Origin: Candidatus Binatia bacterium
GTDB lineage: Bacteria; Desulfobacterota; Binatia; Bin18
Direction: 5' to 3'
Length of the DNA: 64,000 nt
Assembly (NCBI GenBank): GCA_963666315.2
Contig: CAXXHG010000043.1
Location: 384,001 to 448,000, forward strand
Shown: one piece after another, positions 28,336 to 38,686 of the stretch
How positions within the stretch are numbered: the first letter of the stretch is position 1
Layout of the letters: every line of letters begins with the position of its first letter
Program-made: the position numbers and the translations under genes
The notes under the pieces: model-generated
What the model saw: the letters and a program-made list of their open reading frames with translations, nothing else
The model's database searches: none
What the model was told of the DNA's origin: nothing

Positions 28336-31300
28336 CCTCATCAGAGTCCCAAGCGTCTCATGATGAAACGACCCAGCGCGCTATTTTGTCCGATTTTCAG
28401 ACAACGTTCTTGCTTGAGGCGGGTGCGGGGACGGGCAAAACGCAGATGTTGTTGCAGCGCTTGCTCGCACTGCTACGGACCAGGCGTAGCTCCCTCGATC
28501 GGATTGCCATTATCACCTTTACGGACAAAGCGGCGACGGAGCTCCGGACGCGCCTACGGGCGGCAATTGAGTCAGCACTGGAGCGTCCTCTTGCTGAGGC
28601 GGAGCGGGACGCGTTGCAGACCGCGCTGCGCCAGCTTGATCGTGCCGTTGTGATGACCGTGCACGCTTTCTGTGCAGCGCTCTTGCGCGAACGGGCCCTT
28701 GAAGTCCGGCTCGATACGCATTTTGTGGTCCTTGACCAGGCGCGCGCAAGCGCGTTGCAGGACGAAGTTTGGAACGCATGGCTGGCCACAGAGTTCAATC
28801 CAGACTCGCACAACTCCCCGCTCTTACGCCAAGCCTTCCGCGCCGGCCTGACAATTTCCCATCTGGCGTCTTTACGGGATTTTCTGAGCGAAAATCGCGA
28901 CTGCCTAGTATGGCTGCCTGCGCCTGTTGCCTCTCCTTTCCCAACCTTTTGTCACTCTGTACAAGACGCTGTTGCTCGTCTCGCTGCCCTGCGCGGCTGC
29001 TGTCAGGACACTACGGACAAAGTCTGGGAGCAAATTACACTGCTAATTGATGCTGTTCCGACGGGTTATGAAGAGGAAGCGTGGGAGCGGTTCCTGATAC
29101 ACGGACTCAGACTCCAGCCGCGCAAAGGCAAAAAAGCAAACTGGCAACCTGCCTCCGCCCTCCAAGAAGCGCGCACCCTGCTGACACAGATGAAGGAGTC
29201 TTATCTCCAGGCCCGTTCGGCCTGGTTTCATAATCTCACGGTCGGACTCGCACATTGGATGGAAGGCTATCTTCAAGCCTATCGGGAAAAAAAGCAGCAG
29301 CACTGCAGCCTGGATTTTCTCGACCTGCTTGTCATCCTGCGTGACGTACTCAAGCAGAATTACGAGCTGCGGAGATATTTTCAACGCAAGTTCGACTTCC
29401 TCTTTGTTGACGAGGTTCAGGATACGGATCCTCTGCAAGCGGAAATCGTGTTTTTCCTTGCGGAAGACCAGCCACAAGCGGAGCACTGGACGCAGGTGAC
29501 GTTGCGTCCAGGGAAACTCTTCCTTGTCGGTGATCCGCAGCAGTCGATTTATCGCTTCCGTCGCGCTGATATCGACGTCTACCGAGTGGTCCGCTCGATT
29601 ATTGAGCGACAAGGATCCGTCCTATCGCTTTCGACGAATTTTCGGATGCGTGCTGCCCTTGTGGACTGGGTGAATGAGACGTTTGCGCGGATTCTGCGAG
29701 ATCCGCGGGACCTGCAAGATCCGCACGACGAGGGAGAAGACCAACCCAGCTATCGGCCTCTATTTGCTGCAAATGGGGAGGAAGCCGACAGGAAAGATCC
29801 CACGGTTTTCCTTTTGCAATATCCACACCGCCGGCCAAACGGACAATATAAGTGGGAGACACAGCAGGGCGCCGAAGCCCAGTGTGTTGCGCGATTTGTC
29901 CGTCACATAGTCGAGCAGCAGCCGCTGCTGACACAAACGGGACAGGCTCTTCGGTATGGGGATATTGCCCTGTTGTTCCGGACCAACCGGAGTGTGGAGG
30001 TCTATGCGGCAGCTTTGCGCGCAGCGCAGATTCCATATCGCAGTGTGCCTGCCCAGCAGAAAACGCCGAGTGTGGAGGGCGAAGAGCTTCGAGCCTGTGT
30101 CCGTACGCTGGAACACCCTGCGGATACAACCGCGCTCATAGCAACGCTGCGTTCCTCACTGTTCGGCTTTTCAGATGAGGAGCTAGCCCAGTTTATCTGC
30201 GCCGGCGGAAAATTCGATTATCTGCGTGGAGTCGTCCCCGCGCGTCTCCCTAGTGCAGACCGTTTCCATGCCGCCTTTGCGTTGCTGAGAATACTGCACG
30301 GCCAACAGTGTAGTGTCGGTATCGCTCCGCTTTTATCCGAGATCTATGCGAGAACTCCGGCATTACCTCTGCTGGCCTTGCATCAGGACGGAAAGCAACG
30401 CCGACTAGGCTTGCTCCAATTGGTCGAGGCAGGGTATGAACGCTTGGGTTCAGGCAAAAGCTCTCTAGCCGACCTGGAACGCTTGCTCGCGTATTCCTCA
30501 CGAGAGCAAGAACCCGGAGAGGAGCCGACCTCCCAAGATCGGCAAGACGGGCTCCACTTGCTGACGATCCATAAGGCCAAAGGGCTCGAGTTTCCGTTGG
30601 TGATTTTGGCGGAGCCGGAATCACAACAGAACCGGCTGTCCCGAACCGGCTTTGTCAGGCGCAAAAACACTCGCCTCGATCTGCAAATTGGTCCGCGTAG
30701 CCTAACCTGTACAACGCAAGGATGGCAGGTGGCTGAAGTCCAAGAACGCAGACGAGAGGCGGCTGAGGAGCGGCGCTTGTGGTATGTCGCGGCCACGCGT
30801 GCGCGGGAGTATGTGGGGATTCCTTTACAGGCAGCAATACGGGCAGGGACACCGAATAAAAAGGGTGAACGTGCTATTCTCGCAAAAGAGGCGCAGCGTT
30901 CATCCCACACTGTGATTGTTGACCTCAGCGATCAAGACATAGTGGCTGCTTCTGCTGCATATGCGTCCGTTGACGGGCCATCCGTTGACGAGTCTGGACG
31001 TCCGTCTTCTACTTTCCTATCCATTTTGGGGGCGGATAAACCGGCCCAGCCAGTACCGACACAGCCAGCATTTGATGTGCCGTACTCGGATCTGGCTTGG
31101 TTGACTGAACGACGCCGGCTGCTGGCGAAAGGGCGTCGGAAGGGTCACCCGCAAAGGAAAAAGATGATTCGTACGGAAATCTCTCCTTGGCAACCGACAG
31201 CCGTTGATCATGTGGTGCAACAGATGGCAGCGCGAGTCGGAAAGGATGGATTGTCCGGAGTGGAAGGGGATGGGTTTACTCAGAAACCGACCCATGCCAG

Positions 31301-31670
31301 CGGGTTATGGGAACGCGTCGCGTCTGCTCCCATATGGGCGCGAGTCCGAGCTGCTCGGAGATGTGTGACGAATGAGGTCTTTGCCCTCCGCTCGGGCGAG
31401 ATCGCACTCGAAGGTATGATTCCGCTTGCCTGGCTCGAAGACGAGAAATGGATCGTGGTATATTTTCATGAAGGTGAAATGCTCACCGCTGGCACAGGAC
31501 AGGCACGTGTGTGCGAAAAGCTTGGCCCCAGTGCATGGGCTCTGGAACAATTGACCCCGTTCCCGGTGCGCGAACTGATATTTTTTTTCATCAATCAACA
31601 GCCAGAGATTCGCATTGCTTGGAATACAGAGACGCGGACGTCTCTCCAGGGTCAGCTCTTTCGGGTGTGA
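28332..31670 (+). CDS. addA: AddA/UvrD-family helicase subunit (nuclease motifs degenerate)
   Basis: AGAGTGKT, VDEVQD, GDPQQSIYRFR, TNFR, TIHKAKGLEF, YVAATRA; ATGA overlap with addB. Confidence 0.87.
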   Translation: MTSSESQASHDETTQRAILSDFQTTFLLEAGAGTGKTQMLLQRLLALLRTRRSSLDRIAIITFTDKAATELRTRLRAAIESALERPLAEAERDALQTALRQLDRAVVMTVHAFCAALLRERALEVRLDTHFVVLDQARASALQDEVWNAWLATEFNPDSHNSPLLRQAFRAGLTISHLASLRDFLSENRDCLVWLPAPVASPFPTFCHSVQDAVARLAALRGCCQDTTDKVWEQITLLIDAVPTGYEEEAWERFLIHGLRLQPRKGKKANWQPASALQEARTLLTQMKESYLQARSAWFHNLTVGLAHWMEGYLQAYREKKQQHCSLDFLDLLVILRDVLKQNYELRRYFQRKFDFLFVDEVQDTDPLQAEIVFFLAEDQPQAEHWTQVTLRPGKLFLVGDPQQSIYRFRRADIDVYRVVRSIIERQGSVLSLSTNFRMRAALVDWVNETFARILRDPRDLQDPHDEGEDQPSYRPLFAANGEEADRKDPTVFLLQYPHRRPNGQYKWETQQGAEAQCVARFVRHIVEQQPLLTQTGQALRYGDIALLFRTNRSVEVYAAALRAAQIPYRSVPAQQKTPSVEGEELRACVRTLEHPADTTALIATLRSSLFGFSDEELAQFICAGGKFDYLRGVVPARLPSADRFHAAFALLRILHGQQCSVGIAPLLSEIYARTPALPLLALHQDGKQRRLGLLQLVEAGYERLGSGKSSLADLERLLAYSSREQEPGEEPTSQDRQDGLHLLTIHKAKGLEFPLVILAEPESQQNRLSRTGFVRRKNTRLDLQIGPRSLTCTTQGWQVAEVQERRREAAEERRLWYVAATRAREYVGIPLQAAIRAGTPNKKGERAILAKEAQRSSHTVIVDLSDQDIVAASAAYASVDGPSVDESGRPSSTFLSILGADKPAQPVPTQPAFDVPYSDLAWLTERRRLLAKGRRKGHPQRKKMIRTEISPWQPTAVDHVVQQMAARVGKDGLSGVEGDGFTQKPTHASGLWERVASAPIWARVRAARRCVTNEVFALRSGEIALEGMIPLAWLEDEKWIVVYFHEGEMLTAGTGQARVCEKLGPSAWALEQLTPFPVRELIFFFINQQPEIRIAWNTETRTSLQGQLFRV

Positions 31671-31686
31671 CAACGCTGAGGGAAGG

Positions 31687-32838
31687 ATGAAAACTGTGCC
31701 TGCTGACGGGCCGCTTGTCGAGAAAGACTTTTATCTCAAGGAATTCGGGGACAAAAGTCTGCTTTTTGTGCTGCGCGTGGCTGATCTGGTCTCTCTCGAG
31801 GATCGCCGCAGCGTTGGAGATGTCCTCAGTACACTGGTTCGCAATGAAACGCGAACACTCCTTTTACTTGAAACGGATGGAACAGCGGAGCAGCAGCGAT
31901 GTATTGAAACCTTGTACCAGCAGTGCGCTCAAACGCTGAAGTCTACGCTTCCGACTCCCACCGTCTTGTCGCCTGAAGCTGACGACGATCAGCTGCTTAT
32001 CCAGGCTTGGGAGGTCCTCCGAACAGGACCGATCTTTATCGGTCTGTGGCCAGAGCAGGCGAACGTCTCGTTTCTGTTAGGTGCGCAACGGCTGGCGATC
32101 CGCCTGAAGGTATATAAACTTGTTCTCCTCGATCGGCAGGGTGGCTTGACCTCTGCTGGCGGCCCGACGTCTTTCCTAAACGGCCCGACTTTGAAGGTTC
32201 TGCAATCCAAAATTGAGAACATTGATGGATCCGTGGAACGTCGCTTTCAGCTCGAAACTGCATGGCGGGCGCTTGAAGGAGGAGTCTCCTCTGTTTCGCT
32301 CTGTGCTCCGTCTCACTTAGCGCGAGAGCTTTTCACCTACGAAGGCTGTGGCACCCTATTGACCTTGGCAGATTATTGCCGGGTGGAACGACTCGCCCTT
32401 GATGATTTCTACGAGGTCGAAAGACTCATGCAGCGTGGCGAGCGAGAGGGGTATCTGAAGAGCCGAACCCCGTACGAAGTGAGTCTCCTGCTTTTGCATG
32501 GTTACGGCGCCAGGCTGGGTAAGGAGAGAGATTTAGTCGGTTTTTGTGCCCTGCTGCCCTACCGAGCTGAAAATGCAGGAGAAATTGCAGGTTTATATAC
32601 ATTGACTCGGTTTCATGGAGAAGGGATCGGAAGTCGCCTTGTCATGACCGCGATTACCGAAGGATGGGAGCGTCATTTTGCCTATCTCTTTGCGTGTACG
32701 AATCAGGCGGGGGCGCAACGGCTATTTGAACGGTTCGACTTTGACCAAGTCGGTCCAGACGAAATTCCTGCAGAAAAATGGGAAGGATATGCTGAAGGGC
32801 GCCGGCGGAATGTTACAGTGTATAAACGTGAACTGTAG
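31687..32838 (+). CDS. ArgA-like amino-acid N-acetyltransferase (degenerate kinase-like domain + GNAT)
   Basis: ELFTYEGCGTL linker, AGEIAGLY...HGEGIGSRL, FACT. Confidence 0.72.
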   Translation: MKTVPADGPLVEKDFYLKEFGDKSLLFVLRVADLVSLEDRRSVGDVLSTLVRNETRTLLLLETDGTAEQQRCIETLYQQCAQTLKSTLPTPTVLSPEADDDQLLIQAWEVLRTGPIFIGLWPEQANVSFLLGAQRLAIRLKVYKLVLLDRQGGLTSAGGPTSFLNGPTLKVLQSKIENIDGSVERRFQLETAWRALEGGVSSVSLCAPSHLARELFTYEGCGTLLTLADYCRVERLALDDFYEVERLMQRGEREGYLKSRTPYEVSLLLLHGYGARLGKERDLVGFCALLPYRAENAGEIAGLYTLTRFHGEGIGSRLVMTAITEGWERHFAYLFACTNQAGAQRLFERFDFDQVGPDEIPAEKWEGYAEGRRRNVTVYKREL

Positions 32839-32893
32839 TCCTTGAAGGAATAGTATTTCTGATGAGAAAAGAAGCACACGGAGGTCTTTGTCT

Positions 32894-34000
32894 CGAATTT
32901 TCTCTTGACTTCCCTAAGACGTTGAAATGTGGTTCTGACTGTCCCTATTATACATGGGATTCTGTATTTCGTCAGAAGTTCTAGCCAATTGATCTATCTT
33001 CCTATTTCTTTTGGACCACGTATACGAAAGTGGCGCTGTCAGGAAAGCCAAGCCTTTTCTTCTTTCTCTGAATACATAAGGGTGAAGGAGAGTCTGCACC
33101 CCTTCGTGCTTTGATGCCGCTCATAATGAAGGGGGCAGAGGCAGTCTATGGAAAAAAAATAAAAACAAAAAGATGTTGGTTGTTCCGCGCACCCCCAAGA
33201 AGGCGTCTGCGAAGACTACTGTCACGCCTGTCCAAGCGGCCTCCTCCGCTTCTCAAGGGGTCGCTCCGACAGGAGAGATCGACGGTGTCATGACCATTCT
33301 CGAGGAAATGGACATTGAGACGGTCGACGTTCTTGAAGAAGAGAGCAGCGTCAACATTGAGGAAGAGGGCGCCGCTACCGTTGGGGCTTCAAAACGGGGA
33401 GAAGGAAACTGGGGAGAGGAAGTTGTCGCGACTGTGTAGATTATCAGGGGCGAGGGAAAGAATTTACATTTCAAACTGAGACACTACCGAATTTTCTCTT
33501 GACTTCCCTTTCTGACTGTCCCTATTATACATGGGATTCTGTATTTCGTCAGAAGTTCTAGCCAATTGATCTATCTTCCTATTTCTTTTGGACCACGTAT
33601 ACGAAAGTGGCGCTGTCAGGAAAGCCAAGCCTTTTCTTCTTTCTCTGAATACATAAGGGTGAAGGAGAGTCTGCACCCCTTCGTGCTTTGATGCCGCTCA
33701 TAATGAAGGGGGCAGAGGCCTATGGAAAAAAAAATAAAAACAAAAAGATGTTGGTTGTTCCGCGAGAAGGCGTCTGCGAAGACTACTGTCACGCCTGTCC
33801 AAGCGGCCTCCTCCGCTTCTCAAGGGGTCGCTCCGACAGGAGAGATCGACGGTGTCATGACCATTCTCGAGGAAATGGACATTGAGACGGTCGACGTTCT
33901 TGAAGAAGAAGAGCGTCAACATTGAGGAAGAGGGCGCCGCTACCGTTGGGGCTTCAAAACGGGGAGAAGGAAACTGGGGAGAGGAAGTTGTCGCGACTGT
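32894..34000 (+). repeat. Tandem imperfect duplication (~0.52 kb) of the rpoD promoter and 5' end
   Basis: 32894-33435 and 33488-34000 nearly identical with several small indels. Confidence 0.9.
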
Positions 34001-35517
34001 AGAACCGGTAATTGGAGTGACCCTGTCCGTATGTATCTCCAAGAGATGGGAAATATCCCTCTCCTGAGTCGCGAAGAAGAGGTGACGGTTGCCAAAGAGA
34101 TCGAGGCAGGAGAAAAGCACATTCGCCAAGAGATATTCTCAGCACCTTTAGCGCTCCAATATATCTTGTCGCTCGGCGAGCGCCTTAAGCGGGACGAAAA
34201 CGAAGCACGGTTTATTTTCGGTGATGAAGGGGAAGGTGATGAAGAGGAGGGTGCTGAGGCAACGAGAAAAGAAGATCCACGCATTGAGCTTTTCTTGAGC
34301 CGCATGGGTCCCCTGAAACGGCTTGCTGGAGAACGGGAGAAGGCCGAGAAACTCTCCCTCAAGCGCAGCCCGGTGAAAGAACGAGAGAAGGTGCTCAAGC
34401 GACTTATCGATCTACAGGGGAAAGTCAGAACATCGCTCGACGCTCTGCCTCTAGGCCGACGCCATATTACGATTGTTGTCGATAAATTGAAGGAAGTGGG
34501 CCTTCTCCTGGAAAAGCAGACCAGGACGATCAGACGCCAGGAGAGTCTGCACAATTGTCAGGCGTCCGAAATCCTCGCTCTTTCCCGTATCTACAAGAAT
34601 GGCGCCCCACGAGACGCGAAAGAAGGCAAGGAATCCAGTAAGGCGGCCCACGCACAAAAAATCCGAGAGGCAAGCCAAATCATCAAGAATACCCGAAAAG
34701 AGATCCAGCGCATTGAGGACCGACTTGGGACAAATATGGAAAAGATGCGTCGATCTCTCGCCGTCATTGCCCAAGGGGAGGCTCAAGCCCAGGAGGGGGA
34801 AACGCCGTGTTAATCGAGGCCAACCTGCGCCTTGTAGTGAGTATTGCCAAGCGCTATGTCAACCGTGGCCTTGGCTTCCTCGACTTGATCCAGGAGGGGA
34901 ATATCGGACTCATGCGCGCGGTTGAGAAGTTTGAGTATCAACGCGGATATAAGTTCTCAACGTATGCAACGTGGTGGATTCGCCAGTCTGTGAGTCGGGC
35001 GATCGCTGACCAAGCCCGGACGATCCGTATTCCGGTGCATATGATTGAGACGATCAATAAGGTGCTCCGGACCTCTCGCTATCTTGTCCAGCAGCTCGGC
35101 CGCGAACCCTCTCCAGAAGAAATTGCGGCGCAAATGGAAGTGCCGCCAGATAAGGTCCGAAAAGTCCTGAAGATAGTGAAAGAACCCGTCTCGCTGGAAA
35201 CACCCATTGGGGATGACGAAGAAAGTTCGCTCGGTGATTTTGTTGAAGACCGCCAAACGCTCTCTCCAGCCGACGCCGCCATGGCCCTCAGTTTAGAGGA
35301 GCAAACCCGCAAGGTGTTAGCCACGCTGACGCCGCGTGAGGAACAGATTCTGCGGATGCGGTTTGGGATTGATGAAAAGACGGACTACACGCTTGAAGAA
35401 GTTGGACAGCGGTTTGCGGTGACACGAGAACGTATTCGTCAGATTGAAGCAAAGGCGCTCCGGAAGCTGCGTAACCCAACACGAGCCAAGAGTTTAGAGG
35501 CTTTCATTGATGGCTAG
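33722..35517 (+). CDS. rpoD: RNA polymerase primary sigma factor (frameshifted as assembled)
   Basis: [63 protein letters not shown]; frame breaks near 33750-34020 and 34800. Confidence 0.9.
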
Positions 35518-35551
35518 ATCATAGGAATGTCGTATGAGTATGGAGGACCGA

Positions 35552-35707
35552 GTGGATTCGAAAGATCTTGAAAGACAACTCAAAATATGGCGGGAAGGTC
35601 GCGGACAGAAGCCTGTTCAGCTACCCGTAGCAGACAAAAGGACCGTCCGGGTGAATGGTCAAAATATCGTCGTCGTGAAGCGGTCTCGTCACAGAACTCA
35701 GGGATAA
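35552..35707 (+). CDS. Small basic hypothetical protein (51 aa), absent from the ORF track
   Basis: GGAGGA RBS then GTG; MDSKDLERQLKIWREGRGQKPVQLPVADKRTVRVNGQNIVVVKRSRHRTQG*. Confidence 0.55.
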   Translation: MDSKDLERQLKIWREGRGQKPVQLPVADKRTVRVNGQNIVVVKRSRHRTQG

Positions 35708-35730
35708 TGCCCGCCTCGAAAGTCTTTTTC

Positions 35731-36804
35731 TTAACGAAAAAGCAGCTTTTGAACTTCCGCGCAAAACGCAGTCGTTGATGCTGTGCCCCCCTGATCAGGG
35801 GGAAGGACGCCGCCGTCCGCGTATACCCGAGTAACCGTTTCCTCAAGGCGCTGTGCCTCTTCGGGCCAGCCCAGATATTCGAGCATCATGGCCGCTGAGA
35901 GCAGTGTTGCCGTCGGGTTGATAATGTTCTGTCCGGCAATGTCCGGAGCAGAGCCGTGCACGGACTCAAAATAGGCATAGGCGTCCCCGTAGCATCCGCT
36001 CGGCCCCAGCCCCAATCCTCCGATAGTTCCGGCGGCAACGTCTGAGAGAATGTCTCCGTACAGATTCGGCATCACCACGACGTCGAATTGAGAGGGACTG
36101 GCGACCAAACGTCGTGCAAAATCATCAACAATATACCGGTCATACTGCACATCTGGATACTCATTTGCCGCAGCCTCAACAACGTCTCGGAACAAACCAT
36201 CACTCTTACGCAGCATATTATATTTACTCGTACACGTGACTAAGCCCTTCCCGCCCTGGGCTTTGCGTTTGCGGGCAAGGGCAAACGCAAAATGCGCAAT
36301 ACGCTGTGTCCCCGCCTCGGTAATCACTTTAATGGCAAACTGGCCCTTAGATCGTGTATCCAAGGGTTTTCGAGTGATGGCACTCGTTAAAGACAGCGGC
36401 GCCAGCGTATCCAGGTCTCCCTCCAGCCCCATATACAGATCTTCAAGGTTTTCTCGGACAATGACAAAGTTGATTTTCTCAGGATCTTTGAGCGGACTAC
36501 GAAACCCAGGTCGCCAATGGGCCGGGCGGACATTTGCATAGGTCTGCTTGCCCCAGCGCAGATAGCCGATGCCACCCGTTGTCCCGTTCGTAGAGCCAAA
36601 CAGCGTTGAGTCAGATTGATCAATCGCTTTACGCAGCGCCATTTCGAATTCCCTGCGGGAACCGTATTGTTTGACCCCCTCTTCGCCGGAGGGGAACTCA
36701 GTAAAGCTGATATCCAACTCCAAACTTTTCAGAATGTTGACTGTTGGGGTCATCGCCTCTGGTGCGGCATCGTCACCCGGAATAATCACAACACGCTTTG
36801 GCAT
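35731..36804 (-). CDS. Isocitrate/isopropylmalate dehydrogenase family protein
   Basis: IPGDD, YANVRP, VRENLEDLY, NLYGDILSD, FESVHGSAPDIAGQNIINP. Confidence 0.92.
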   Translation of the reverse strand: MPKRVVIIPGDDAAPEAMTPTVNILKSLELDISFTEFPSGEEGVKQYGSRREFEMALRKAIDQSDSTLFGSTNGTTGGIGYLRWGKQTYANVRPAHWRPGFRSPLKDPEKINFVIVRENLEDLYMGLEGDLDTLAPLSLTSAITRKPLDTRSKGQFAIKVITEAGTQRIAHFAFALARKRKAQGGKGLVTCTSKYNMLRKSDGLFRDVVEAAANEYPDVQYDRYIVDDFARRLVASPSQFDVVVMPNLYGDILSDVAAGTIGGLGLGPSGCYGDAYAYFESVHGSAPDIAGQNIINPTATLLSAAMMLEYLGWPEEAQRLEETVTRVYADGGVLPPDQGGTASTTAFCAEVQKLLFR

Positions 36805-36892
36805 ACTTCTTTCCCCTTTTTTATATGGTGGATAAAGGCGGATCTCAGCAAGATGTATAATAACGAAGAGCCGCCCATATGGGACATAGTCC

Positions 36893-38074
36893 CTAACCCA
36901 GCCGTACGCTGTGATAGTTTTTGCCAGGAGTTATTTTCCCGAGTACAACCGGCGCGCGGGCACCTGTAGCGCTGGGAACGTTGGACGGCAGTCCATGCAA
37001 GGTCGCATAGGCCAAGACGGCGAACGCCACGGCTTCGAGAGATTGGCTATCATAGCCGGTCTCTTCGAGGAGGCGGACGCGGACCTCGGGCAGTGCTGCA
37101 GCGAATTGAGCCCGGAGAGCGGGATTCAAGGCCCCCCCGCCTGTTAAGAACACCTCGGCAAGCGGACCTCTCGGCAGGATAAAATTACGATACGCCTGCG
37201 CCATACTGATCGCGGTCAAGGCTGTGGCGGTAGCGACTTGGTCGGCTGGACTGAGTTTGAGACGTGTTGCGCGTTGACAAAAACGTCGCAGAAAAGGTTC
37301 GCCGAATTCTTCTCGGCCTGTGGATTTCGGGGGCCGTCGGGTAAAATAGGGATGACGTAACAGCTCGCCCAGGAGGCGTGTATGTATTGTTCCGGCTCGT
37401 GCCAGGCGGCCATTGCGGTCGTATAATTTTTTGCCGTCACTCACCGTGTGGACGACTCCGTCCATGAGTACATTACCCGGGCCGGTATCAAAAGCCACCA
37501 TATCTTTCGTGGCTGAGCGTGGGGGGAGGGCAGTGACATTTGCAATCCCGCCAATATTGTGGATGGCGACTGACCGGGTCGGATGTTGAAAAAGAAACGC
37601 ATGCACATAAGGAACCAGCGGTGCTCCCTCGCCACCCAGCGCGACATCTGCAGGCCGAAAGTCGGCCACTGTAGTAATGCCGGTTCGATTGGCAATAACC
37701 GCAGGCTCTCCGATTTGAAGAGTCGAACCTGGTCCGGGCCGCTGGTGTGGCCGATGATAGACCGTGTGGCCATGTGAGCCGATTGCGTCAATCTGCTCCG
37801 GCGTGACATCAGCCGCGCGACACAGTTTGAGAACGGCACGAGCAAAAAGTTCGCCTAGGAGCACGTTTACTTGTGAGACCTCGCCCGCGTTTGCGCTGGC
37901 TCCCTGGCTGAGGCGTAGGAGTCGGTCCCGGACGGCCCGCGAGTAGCGAAACGAGCGAAAAGCGTGTTGGTGGACGTGGAAGCGAGCCTTTGTACGCGCA
38001 ATATCAACAAGCACGGCATCGATGCCGTCGTGCGAAGTGCCGGACATGAGGCCGATGAGGGCGCGTTTCAGCAT
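36893..38074 (-). CDS. anmK: Anhydro-N-acetylmuramic acid kinase
   Basis: IGLMSGTSHDGID, IGSHGHT, DFRPAD.ALGGEGAPLVP, NIGGIAN, FDTGPGN. Confidence 0.96.
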   Translation of the reverse strand: MLKRALIGLMSGTSHDGIDAVLVDIARTKARFHVHQHAFRSFRYSRAVRDRLLRLSQGASANAGEVSQVNVLLGELFARAVLKLCRAADVTPEQIDAIGSHGHTVYHRPHQRPGPGSTLQIGEPAVIANRTGITTVADFRPADVALGGEGAPLVPYVHAFLFQHPTRSVAIHNIGGIANVTALPPRSATKDMVAFDTGPGNVLMDGVVHTVSDGKKLYDRNGRLARAGTIHTRLLGELLRHPYFTRRPPKSTGREEFGEPFLRRFCQRATRLKLSPADQVATATALTAISMAQAYRNFILPRGPLAEVFLTGGGALNPALRAQFAAALPEVRVRLLEETGYDSQSLEAVAFAVLAYATLHGLPSNVPSATGARAPVVLGKITPGKNYHSVRLG

Positions 38075-38195
38075 GAGCGAGGAATGATGCGGGAAAAGCT
38101 GGAACGAGTCAGAGAGAACGGGACAAAAACCTCAGAAAGACCGGAGAGGGCTGGTACTCTTCCCCGGTGAGAGCGGGACGAGGGCCGCAGGTAGC

Positions 38196-38534
38196 TCAGT
38201 CAGTCAGATTAAACTGAAAGACGGCATCGATGCCTTTTGAGGCTTCGGGCTTAAACGCATCCGCCATGCCGTCAATGACTTCTTGTATCGTTTCTGCCGG
38301 AGTACTGCCCTCATCAGCCGGCTTAAACAGATTTTGCATCTTCAGGGCTAGTCCCATATCTCCGGCAATTTTCAGCTTACCGCTCATAAAGGCCATCTGC
38401 CCGTTGAGCTTGCCGTTGACCATGTCAAGGTAATCACTTTCCTTCATGGTCATCGTGATTTTCGGGGTGTCGTGCGTACCTGTGTGCACGTCAATGCTTT
38501 CGTTCGCAATACGGAAGTGGTATTGGGTGGCCAT
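38196..38534 (-). CDS. SCP2 sterol/lipid-binding domain protein, circularly permuted
   Basis: [26 protein letters not shown] precedes the normally N-terminal [16 protein letters not shown] segment; GAGGAGG RBS. Confidence 0.85.
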   Translation of the reverse strand: MATQYHFRIANESIDVHTGTHDTPKITMTMKESDYLDMVNGKLNGQMAFMSGKLKIAGDMGLALKMQNLFKPADEGSTPAETIQEVIDGMADAFKPEASKGIDAVFQFNLTD

Positions 38535-38686
38535 CTTGGTCTCCTCCTCTAACTCCGGGATAAAGCTACGCTATCATAGATATTTGAGATGAGGAACTAG
38601 AGTAGAGTATTTTCTCATTGGAGTGGGCGTCAGACGTGTTGGACAATGCGATGCAGCAGCGCACAGAGAAAAGAGAGGGAGTAGGT

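Noticed and set aside
38100-38198. Sec read-through of the SCP2 TGA stop
   Set aside because: Not a Cys-equivalent position and the downstream frame has no SCP2 similarity
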